From Candidatus Liptonbacteria bacterium RIFCSPLOWO2_01_FULL_56_20 (GTDB lineage: Bacteria > Patescibacteriota > Minisyncoccia > UBA6257 > 2-01-FULL-56-20): a stretch of 52,126 bases of DNA. The translations under genes and the position numbers were made by a program. The stretch spans positions 1 to 52,126 of the forward strand of contig MHLC01000007.1 in NCBI GenBank assembly GCA_001818655.1, given 5' to 3'. The notes under the pieces were generated by a model. That model had not been told where the DNA came from and searched no databases. It saw nothing but the letters and a program-made list of their open reading frames with translations. Below are positions 24,755 through 31,956 of the stretch, in pieces. Each line of letters begins with the position of its first letter. Position 1 is the first letter of the stretch.

Positions 24755-26299
24755 CTATCGGCGGTCTTCCGACACGGGGGAACCCTTGTGTTTTCCCCCT
24801 ACCCCCTTTCCCGATTCTGGAGAACGCCACTTGGGCGTCACCCAGAATCCTAGCCGGAACCGCCCCCCGAGCATGAGGCGCGTCTGGGCTTCAAGGCCGG
24901 GAAAAGCGCCAAACACTATCAGGGTGATCGGGATCAAGAGCCACTGCAGCGCATAGAGCACATAATGCCGCCGCAAGAACCACTTCGGCCGCTCCGGAAG
25001 CAGGAGGATGCTGATGATCGCCGATGTGGCGATGCCCACCATAGAGAGCCCCATCACGAACCTCGTGATCTGCGGCAGGCTGTAGGAAAGAAGGGTGTAG
25101 TGGAACCGCTGCCCGCCGATCGCGATCGGCAGCCAGCCAAGCGCAAAGATCATGAGTGAATTCGTGGCCCACGAGTGGAATCCCTCGAGCACATTCCACG
25201 ACCAATACCATTTCTTCCTCCGGGGAATGCGCGAATCTTTCCTGAAGCCGTCCAGCATGTACGGGACATTCTCAACGCCCCACCCCCACCTGCGCTGCTG
25301 GGCATAGAGGTTCTTCATGGTCCCCCAGAACGTCGGCGCGACGTTCGCGTCCATCGATACGGGGTAGAGCAGCGGCTCGACGCGGAAGTCGCCGTGGTAG
25401 CGAAGGTATCCCTGCCAGAAGATCCGCGAATCTTCCGAAACTACATTGGTATGCCAAAAGCCGATATCCTCAAGCACCCGGAGCGGCACGGACTGCGAAG
25501 AAAACGTCGTGAGCCGCTCGGGACGCGACTGCTGCATCATCTGCCAGAACGTGGCGGAGAACGCGACCACGCGCGCGAGTGCGGGCGCCTGATAAATGTT
25601 GTTCGTGAAAAGCGGGATGGGCTGATACATCGCGCGCAGCCGGTCTGCGGCATGCAAAAATACATAGGTCAGCCTGCTGAAATATGCCGGAAAGATGTGC
25701 GTGTCAACGTCGAATACGGAAACGAGAACGCGCTCGTGAGGAATGCGGGCGTGGTCGATCGCGAGACGCACGGCTTCTTTCGCGGCCCACGTCTCGTTCG
25801 ACCCTTTGCCGGAGATCTCCCCTGGGAGCCCCTCGGGGTGAACGGTGACGAGGAATTTGAAAAAGGATGGGGCGAACTCGCTTTTGATCTTCTCCGCGAG
25901 GGCTCGAGCTTCGGCGCCAACCCGCTCTTCCGTGGCGAGCACCACGATGAACTTATCCAATGGGTAGTCCGCCCGGCGGAGGCTCTCAAAGCTCTCCCGC
26001 ACCACCTCGTACGGCTCTCGGTACATCGGGAAGATAACGAGGTGGTAGATCTCTGCCCAATCCCGCGTGTGCGGCTCTCCGTGCAGTTTCCCGATCCAGT
26101 TCACCTTGAGATTCTCCCGCATGCGGGAAAACGTGGAACGGAGGTGAAGCGAGAGATAGATCGCCTTGAGCAGCCAGTAGATGTCGAACAGGATGATGAA
26201 GATCGCCACCGCGGCCGGCAGCCGCCATGAACACACTACGATGAGGGCGAGCGTGAACCACGCGAACGCGCCGGGAAGGGTCTCAAAAAAACGATACAT
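24755..26299 (-). CDS. processive family-2 glycosyltransferase (cellulose/chitin-synthase-like), multi-TM
   Basis: 514 aa; FDVD (DxD), SED, and QxxRW motif (AQQRRWGWG). TM helices at both ends. Confidence 0.8.
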   Translation of the reverse strand: MYRFFETLPGAFAWFTLALIVVCSWRLPAAVAIFIILFDIYWLLKAIYLSLHLRSTFSRMRENLKVNWIGKLHGEPHTRDWAEIYHLVIFPMYREPYEVVRESFESLRRADYPLDKFIVVLATEERVGAEARALAEKIKSEFAPSFFKFLVTVHPEGLPGEISGKGSNETWAAKEAVRLAIDHARIPHERVLVSVFDVDTHIFPAYFSRLTYVFLHAADRLRAMYQPIPLFTNNIYQAPALARVVAFSATFWQMMQQSRPERLTTFSSQSVPLRVLEDIGFWHTNVVSEDSRIFWQGYLRYHGDFRVEPLLYPVSMDANVAPTFWGTMKNLYAQQRRWGWGVENVPYMLDGFRKDSRIPRRKKWYWSWNVLEGFHSWATNSLMIFALGWLPIAIGGQRFHYTLLSYSLPQITRFVMGLSMVGIATSAIISILLLPERPKWFLRRHYVLYALQWLLIPITLIVFGAFPGLEAQTRLMLGGRFRLGFWVTPKWRSPESGKGVGGKHKGSPVSEDRR

Positions 26300-26314
26300 G
26301 CGGGGACGCTCGCT

Positions 26315-26722
26315 TTAGAACCTTACCCTCCAGAACGTATCAAGAGAGAACCAGCCGCCGCCCTGCGTCAAAAGCAAAAGCGCCGCGGCGAGCAAAATGA
26401 TGTCCAGTTCAATGCCGCCGATCAAGGGCTCGTGCCGCAAGAATTTCCAGACCGTGATCGCGAGAAATTCGACGCCGAAAAGTCCGGCGGCAACTTGCGT
26501 TGCGAACCCAACTGCGATGGCAAGTCCGCCGAACGATTCAAGGATCGCGGCGAGCGGCCCGAAGACCACTCCCGGCTTGAACCCCATCGCCTCGAAATCC
26601 CGGCTCGTGCCGCGCAAATTCCTTAGCTTCGGCAAACCGTGGGCGATAAGGATCGCGCCAAGCACGAGCCGCAGGACGAGTATCGCGTGGTCGTTATATA
26701 AGAGAAAGAATTGCGAGATCAT
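26315..26722 (-). CDS. DoxX family membrane protein
   Basis: 135 aa, 4 TM, LRLVLGAILIAHGLPKL DoxX-type N-terminus. Confidence 0.8.
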   Translation of the reverse strand: MISQFFLLYNDHAILVLRLVLGAILIAHGLPKLRNLRGTSRDFEAMGFKPGVVFGPLAAILESFGGLAIAVGFATQVAAGLFGVEFLAITVWKFLRHEPLIGGIELDIILLAAALLLLTQGGGWFSLDTFWRVRF

Positions 26723-26791
26723 GACGTTCAGGGTTGAAAAATCCAGTTTTTACTATACTATAATATTTGCATCGTGTCATGAATTGAAAAA

Positions 26792-26869
26792 GGCCCCGTC
26801 GTCTAGTCTGGCCTAGGACACAGGCTTTTCAAGCCTGGTACACGGGTTCGAATCCCGTCGGGGCTGCCA
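26792..26869 (+). tRNA. tRNA-Glu (anticodon UUC), CCA encoded
   Basis: GGCCCCG-TC-GTC-TAGTCTGGCCTAG-GAC-A-CAGGC-TTTTCAA-GCCTG-GTAC-ACGGG-TTCGAAT-CCCGT-CGGGGCT-G-CCA. Collinear with E. coli tRNA-Glu. Confidence 0.9.
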
Positions 26870-26891
26870 TCACTTGTCGCCAACCTGCCAT

Positions 26892-27029
26892 ATGGAAAAC
26901 ATCTATAGTAACGCTCCACGTAATATGACAAACCCTGACTTCCTTGAACAAGTAGAACAGCCGACCTCGCTCACCCACGGCGGCCCCCATATCTCCCTTA
27001 AAGCCGAGGAACTTAAAATAGTTATATGA
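26892..27029 (+). CDS. possible 45-aa ORF coupled (ATGA) to the following gene
   Basis: MENIYSNAPRNMTNPDFLEQVEQPTSLTHGGPHISLKAEELKIVI. Its stop overlaps the ATG at 27026. No family recognised. Confidence 0.3.
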   Translation: MENIYSNAPRNMTNPDFLEQVEQPTSLTHGGPHISLKAEELKIVI

Positions 27030-27790
27030 AAGAACAATATTTCGAAAAAAAATTAGAATCTCCAGGAAGAATAGATTTAGAAAAGGATACTTTAAAAGAA
27101 ACCTTATCTAGAATTGACACTCCCATCGTTGAGATTCACGATTTTCCAGAAGAAGGAAAATGGGATTTCAAAAAAGAAAGTTTTGAACTTTCCCTTTCGT
27201 GTGATGAAGCAGAATTCATTCCAGCCATGCAACGCTACCGTATGGATACATTAAATAAAAACGAGCTTGCAAAACAATGGAGAACGCTAAAAAGTTACAA
27301 ATTTCGCTCCGGTGAAGATAAATTGGATACAACTGAAATACTCCCCGATGGATGGAAAGTTATATTTAGACCAAGTTCAGGATATTTAGGCGGAGCCGGC
27401 ACAGACGACGAGACAAAAACGATATTAGTAGATCAAGATATTACAAAACCAGTAGCCATTTTACAATTATCCCATGAAGCTGGCCACGCACAGATAATGG
27501 AATCTATGACAGACGAGGAAAGAAATTTCGTACTGGACACGAGGAAAGAATTTAAGGAAGCAGGACGAGAACAACAAGAAATTGAAGGCGATAAGATCGA
27601 CAGAGTAATTAAGGACGAAAGAGATGCGTGGGCTTTCGCTCTAAGAACAATTAAGCCGCTTATCAAGTCCGGTATACTATCCCTAAATGATGTTCGTAAT
27701 TTTATTCATGACATTGCGTTGAAATCATATTCAAACGACGTACGTTCATTAATTGAAAAAGATTTAATTAAGACGAAGAACAATAAATAA
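27026..27790 (+). CDS. HExxH protein, ImmA/IrrE-like putative metallopeptidase (low-GC gene)
   Basis: 254 aa; LSHEAGHA (HExxH) followed by ERDAWAFALR, resembling the HExxH...ExxAxxFA pattern of ImmA/IrrE. About 35 % GC by eye. Confidence 0.55.
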   Translation: MKEQYFEKKLESPGRIDLEKDTLKETLSRIDTPIVEIHDFPEEGKWDFKKESFELSLSCDEAEFIPAMQRYRMDTLNKNELAKQWRTLKSYKFRSGEDKLDTTEILPDGWKVIFRPSSGYLGGAGTDDETKTILVDQDITKPVAILQLSHEAGHAQIMESMTDEERNFVLDTRKEFKEAGREQQEIEGDKIDRVIKDERDAWAFALRTIKPLIKSGILSLNDVRNFIHDIALKSYSNDVRSLIEKDLIKTKNNK

Positions 27791-27794
27791 AAAC

Positions 27795-27893
27795 ATGCCT
27801 ATCATCAATAAAAAAATCTGGCCGGAATACTTTGAAGCAATCGCATCAGGAAAGAAAAAATTTGAGTTGAGATTGAATGATTTTGAAGTTATA
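27795..27893 (+). pseudogene. truncated DUF3850/ASCH-like gene fragment
   Basis: MPIINKKIWPEYFEAIASGKKKFELRLNDFEVI matches the N-terminal half of DUF3850-type proteins. The frame then runs out-of-frame into the tsaD start and stops at 27935. Confidence 0.5.
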
Positions 27894-27894
27894 A

Positions 27895-28971
27895 ATGAAG
27901 AAACTCATCTTGGGCATCGAAACGTCTTGCGATGAAACCGCGCTCGCCGTTCTTAAGGCGAGCGGCGGCCTTCGTGCGCCGCGATTCAATATTTCAAAAG
28001 CTCTCGTCTCTTCACAGATACCTATCCACCGGCCTTTCGGCGGCGTCGTACCCATGCTCGCGAAACGCGAGCATCTGAAAAACCTTCCGATCCTGTTCCG
28101 GAAACTGGGCGGCGAAAAAATTATGCGGAACGTAGATATGATAGCCGCAACCGTCGGCCCAGGACTTGAGCCTGCGCTTTGGACCGGTATTAACTTCGCA
28201 AAAGAACTCGGCAAAAAATTCAAAAAACCGCTTGTCGGCGTGAATCATCTTGAAGGACACTTGTATAGTTTTTTACTGCCCAAAAAATCTACTCCCCACT
28301 CACTACTCACTACTCACTATACAAAGATGTTCCCTGCCATCGCCCTTATCGTGAGCGGCGGACACACCATCTTATTACGCATGAAGAACTTAACAACCTG
28401 GAAAAAACTCGGAGAAACGCGGGACGACGCCGTGGGCGAAGCGTTTGACAAGGTTGCGCGCATTTTGGAGCTTCCCTATCCGGGCGGGCCGGAAATCGAA
28501 AAGCTCGCGAGCCGTGGCAATCCTACGGCGATCAATTTCCCGCGGCCGATGGCGCACGATACTTCGCCAGCTGGCGAATACGATTTCAGCTTTTCCGGGC
28601 TCAAAACCGCCGTATTGTACTATCTCCGCGATAATCCCCGCACGCGGCGCGCAGACATAGCGGCCTGTTTTGAGCAGGCGGCGGTTGACGTGCTTCTTCT
28701 AAAGACGGTCCGAGCGGCGAAAAGTGCCAGCGCACACTCCATAATGCTTTCGGGCGGCGTTGCCGCAAACCAACATTTGCGAGACGCGCTCAAAAAAGAA
28801 GTGGAGAAGTTAGGCCTGCGCTTCTTGGTCGCCGATATGAGATACAACACCGACAACGCCGTGATGATCGCCGCCGCAGGATATATTGATCTGCTTGCCC
28901 GCCGAAGCCAAGGCGCAGGCGGGCGCAAGAAAAAATACCCGCTTACAGCCAACGGGGCATTAAATATATGA
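27895..28971 (+). CDS. tsaD: tRNA N6-adenosine threonylcarbamoyltransferase TsaD
   Basis: MKKLILGIETSCDETA..., VNHLEGHL, SGGVAAN. Confidence 0.93.
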   Translation: MKKLILGIETSCDETALAVLKASGGLRAPRFNISKALVSSQIPIHRPFGGVVPMLAKREHLKNLPILFRKLGGEKIMRNVDMIAATVGPGLEPALWTGINFAKELGKKFKKPLVGVNHLEGHLYSFLLPKKSTPHSLLTTHYTKMFPAIALIVSGGHTILLRMKNLTTWKKLGETRDDAVGEAFDKVARILELPYPGGPEIEKLASRGNPTAINFPRPMAHDTSPAGEYDFSFSGLKTAVLYYLRDNPRTRRADIAACFEQAAVDVLLLKTVRAAKSASAHSIMLSGGVAANQHLRDALKKEVEKLGLRFLVADMRYNTDNAVMIAAAGYIDLLARRSQGAGGRKKKYPLTANGALNI

Positions 28972-28993
28972 CGCGCCTCGTTTCCAATGGATA

Positions 28994-29009
28994 CTATGCT
29001 ATAGCATAG
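28994..29009. repeat. perfect 16-bp palindrome CTATGCTATAGCATAG (downstream of the TrpR-like gene)
   Basis: Read directly from the sequence. Embedded in a larger CTCGTTTC...GAAACGAG inverted repeat. Confidence 0.85.
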
Positions 29010-29093
29010 CGGCGAAACGAGACCAAACATTTAAGAACCCTTACGAGATCAAAGCCTCGTGCCGTATCCCGCCGCTATACTGCAGCATGACGC

Positions 29094-29528
29094 TCAACGC
29101 GGTAAATAAATTATCCCGTATTTTGTGCGGCGAGGTCTCCCGCGATACTTCGCCCAACGACGCGCCGGACCGGTGCTATATCCTCTCTTCTTCCGTTCTT
29201 TCTTACTTCTCTCCAAGTAACTCCGATAAGTTTTCCCGTTTAAAACCTGTTTAATTCCGCTTACCGTCTGTGGAGAAAGCCATAATTCCCTACCGATTTG
29301 CTTGTAGCTCTTACCGGCAATTAAGCCGGCTAGGGCAGAGGCGCGCATTACTAAGTCGTGGCGCTCATGGTCGGTGGTAAGTAGCCGCAGCAATTCTCTG
29401 GATTTTAGAATTTTCCTCCAACAGGCAATTTCCCACTCCGTTCGGGAAGCGTAGTTGTTTATTGGCGGCGCCGTCCATAGCTTCCTCTTGCCAGTCCTGC
29501 TCTCGCCACCTATGGCCTCTCGATTCAT
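29094..29528 (-). CDS. TrpR/YerC-YecD-like HTH regulator with a basic C-terminal tail
   Basis: LTTDHERHDLVMRASALAGLIAGKSYKQIGRELWLSPQTVSGIK. ATG 29528 is preferred because the upstream ATG at 29546 abuts the palindrome. Confidence 0.65.
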   Translation of the reverse strand: MNREAIGGESRTGKRKLWTAPPINNYASRTEWEIACWRKILKSRELLRLLTTDHERHDLVMRASALAGLIAGKSYKQIGRELWLSPQTVSGIKQVLNGKTYRSYLERSKKERKKRGYSTGPARRWAKYRGRPRRTKYGIIYLPR

Positions 29529-29546
29529 ATGCCCAGCATAGCACAT

Positions 29547-29566
29547 CGCTATGCTATAGCATAGCG
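29547..29566. repeat. perfect 20-bp palindrome CGCTATGCTATAGCATAGCG (upstream of the TrpR-like gene); putative operator
   Basis: Same 16-bp core as 28994-29009; centred about 28 nt upstream of ATG 29528. Confidence 0.85.
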
Positions 29567-29669
29567 CCTAACCGGAAAGCGGCGCAGGCTGCAGGGTTGG
29601 CCGTAGAGTTGGCCGCTTCTGCCGATAATTATGGAAAACGGCGACGAAACAGCGTAGAATTAGGACATA

Positions 29670-31955
29670 ATGCCCGACCTCGGCCCGCGCTACGAGCACA
29701 AAGAGATCGAGGAGAAAATTTATCGGCTTTGGGAACGGTCCGGGTATTTTAACCCGGATAATTTGCCTGACGCGCACAAACGCAAGCCCTATTGCATCAT
29801 AATGCCGCCGCCGAACGCGAACGGCCCGCTTCATATCGGCCACGCGCTTTTCGTAACCTTAGAAGACATTATGATCCGCTACTCGAGGATGCGCGGCAAG
29901 CGCACGCTCTGGCTGCCTGGCGCAGACCACGCCGGATTTGAAACCCAGGTGGTCTTTGACGGGAAACTGGAAAAAGAGGGGCGGAATCGCTTTACCATGA
30001 ACCGCGATGCGCTGTGGAAAGAAATGTGGGATTTTACGCAAGAGAATAAAAAGACTATGGAAGCGCAGCTGCGCAAGCTCGGCGCGTCCTGCGATTGGTC
30101 ACGGGAAGTGTTCACCCTGGAGCCGAGGGTGGTCGAGCAGGTGTATGCGACGTTCAAGAAAATGCACGACGACGGCCTCGTGTACCGCGATCTGCGCGTG
30201 GTGAACTGGTGCCCAAAACACAGAACCGCACTTTCCGATTTGGAAGTGAAATATGTGGAGAAAACCGACCCGCTCTACTACATCAAGTACGGGCCGCTCA
30301 CCTTGGCCACGGTCCGGCCGGAAACCAAGTTCGGCGACACCGCGCTCGCCGTAAATCCAAAAGACAAGCGTTATCAGAAATACGTCGGAAAAACCATAGA
30401 GGCGAAAGGGGTCTTGGGTCTGCTCACGTTCAAGGTGATCGCGGACGAAGCAGTAGACCCGCATTTTGGCACGGGCGTGGTCAAGGTCACTCCGGCGCAC
30501 GACCAAGCCGACTACGAGATCTGGCAACGGCACAAGAACGAGATCCCGGGTCCGAAAACCATCATCGGCGAGGACGGCCGGCTTACGGACGAAACCGGGA
30601 AGTTCAAAAGACTAAAAGTCGCTGAGGCGCGGGCGCGCGTCGCAGAAGCGATACAGAAGATCGGCATACTGGAGAAAGTTGACCCGAACTACGTCCACCA
30701 AGTCGCGACGTGCTATAAATGCGGCTCTACCTTGGAACCCTTGCCAAAACCGCAGTGGTTCGTAAAGATGCAGCCGCTCGCAAAAAAAGCGATCGCCGCT
30801 GCGCAAAAAATCAAATTCTTCCCATCGCACTCCAAAAAGGTCTACCTCCACTGGCTAAAAAACATCCGCGACTGGAACATTTCCCGGCAAATCGTCTGGG
30901 GCATACGCATCCCGGCATGGTTTAGGAGGAACGAGATCGCGATCAGCGCGGAGAGTCCTGGACCCGGCTGGCAGCAAGACCCCGACGTGTTTGACACTTG
31001 GTTCTCGTCCGGGCAGTGGCCCTTCATTGCTTTGGGCTTTAAAGAAGGTGGCAAATCCCGACGCAAGGTCGGGACTCCGATCCCGACGCCGACTCCGGGT
31101 CGGGACGTCGGCGCCGAAGCGTCGGAGGATTATAAAACCTTTTACCCGACCGACGTGATGGAAACCGGCTACGATATCCTGTTTTTCTGGGTGACACGGA
31201 TGGTCATGTTCGGCCTCTACCGCACCGGGAAAGTCCCGTTCAAGGCAGTATATCTCCACGGCTTGGTGCGCGATAAAGACCGGCAGAAAATGTCCAAATC
31301 AAAAGGCAACGTGATCGACCCCCTTGGCGTTGCCGATACCTACGGCACGGATGCAGTGCGGATGGCGCTCGTCGCCGGCAACACTCCCGGAAAAGATACT
31401 GCTATTTCCGAGGACAAAATCCGGGCGTATAGGAATTTCGCGACCAAGGTCTGGAATATCGCGCGATTTATCCTTATGCATAAGCCCGGCCGGGCGGTAA
31501 AGCCAGTCCTCTCTGCCGCCGACCGCACGCATATTGCCCACGCGCAAAAGGTAAAATCCCAGGTCGCGAAGCATATAGAAAAATTCGAATTTCACCTCGC
31601 GGCAGAAAAAACCTACCACTACATCTGGCATACGTTTGCGGACAAGATCATAGAGGAATACAAGCCGCGACTTAGAGCCGCAGCAAGCCCTGAGGAAGCT
31701 CTCGGAGTCGCGCCGGGCTTGGTCTCCGAAGGAGCCGGCGCGCCGAGAGCGCAGGCGGTCGGCGGCCGCCGGAGCCACCGAACCGCCGGTTCCGAAGAGC
31801 TTGCTGCGGCGGAAAATCAAGCAGCTGCTTACCATACCCTGGAAACGATTCTTATAGAATGCCTCACCATGCTCCACCCGTTCATGCCGTTCATCACCGA
31901 AGAGATCTTCCGCAACCTCCGCCCCCGCTCTCTTCTTATGGTTCAGCCGTGGTGA
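29670..31955 (+). CDS. valS: valyl-tRNA synthetase (short form)
   Basis: PPPNANGPLHIGHAL (HIGH), WLPGADHAGFETQ (ValRS-type), KMSKSKGN. 761 aa including two inserted repeat-encoded segments. Confidence 0.88.
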   Translation: MPDLGPRYEHKEIEEKIYRLWERSGYFNPDNLPDAHKRKPYCIIMPPPNANGPLHIGHALFVTLEDIMIRYSRMRGKRTLWLPGADHAGFETQVVFDGKLEKEGRNRFTMNRDALWKEMWDFTQENKKTMEAQLRKLGASCDWSREVFTLEPRVVEQVYATFKKMHDDGLVYRDLRVVNWCPKHRTALSDLEVKYVEKTDPLYYIKYGPLTLATVRPETKFGDTALAVNPKDKRYQKYVGKTIEAKGVLGLLTFKVIADEAVDPHFGTGVVKVTPAHDQADYEIWQRHKNEIPGPKTIIGEDGRLTDETGKFKRLKVAEARARVAEAIQKIGILEKVDPNYVHQVATCYKCGSTLEPLPKPQWFVKMQPLAKKAIAAAQKIKFFPSHSKKVYLHWLKNIRDWNISRQIVWGIRIPAWFRRNEIAISAESPGPGWQQDPDVFDTWFSSGQWPFIALGFKEGGKSRRKVGTPIPTPTPGRDVGAEASEDYKTFYPTDVMETGYDILFFWVTRMVMFGLYRTGKVPFKAVYLHGLVRDKDRQKMSKSKGNVIDPLGVADTYGTDAVRMALVAGNTPGKDTAISEDKIRAYRNFATKVWNIARFILMHKPGRAVKPVLSAADRTHIAHAQKVKSQVAKHIEKFEFHLAAEKTYHYIWHTFADKIIEEYKPRLRAAASPEEALGVAPGLVSEGAGAPRAQAVGGRRSHRTAGSEELAAAENQAAAYHTLETILIECLTMLHPFMPFITEEIFRNLRPRSLLMVQPW
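31056..31127 (+). repeat. family-B hairpin element, copy B2: 72 nt, codon-aligned inside valS
   Basis: TCCCGACGC...GCGTCGGAG with internal GTCGGGA/TCCCGAC arms and the CGGGACTCCGA core. Encodes SRRKVGTPIPTPTPGRDVGAEASE. Confidence 0.7.
31677..31810 (+). repeat. family-A palindromic element, copy A3: about 135 nt in-frame inside valS
   Basis: Outer stem GCCGCAGCAAGC/GCTTGCTGCGGC. Conserved blocks GAAGCTCTCGGAG, GCTTGG, GCCGAGAGCGCAGGCGGTC, GGAGCC, GAACCGCCGGTTCC. Encodes AAASPEEALGVAPGLVSEGAGAPRAQAVGGRRSHRTAGSEELAAA. Confidence 0.75.
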
Positions 31956-31956
31956 C

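Noticed and set aside
15080-24850. Diversity-generating retroelement (template/variable repeat) as the explanation for the duplicated gene 3' ends
   Set aside because: The repeats are only 11-26 nt of identity. The mismatches are not adenine-specific, and no reverse transcriptase is nearby.
28300-28322. CTCACTA x3 microsatellite inside tsaD as a phase-variation tract
   Set aside because: It is a 7-nt unit with only three copies, in-frame as present (a single-unit change would shift the frame), in a housekeeping gene. There is no evidence of variability from a single sequence.
31056-31810. Inteins in valS
   Set aside because: The inserts are only 24 and about 45 aa. They lack the Cys/Ser/Thr N-terminal and HN-C/S/T C-terminal splice residues, and they correspond exactly to nucleotide palindromes.
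29670-31955. Isoleucyl-tRNA synthetase call
   Set aside because: The PGADHAGFETQ and RExFTLEP motifs and the overall length fit ValRS rather than IleRS.
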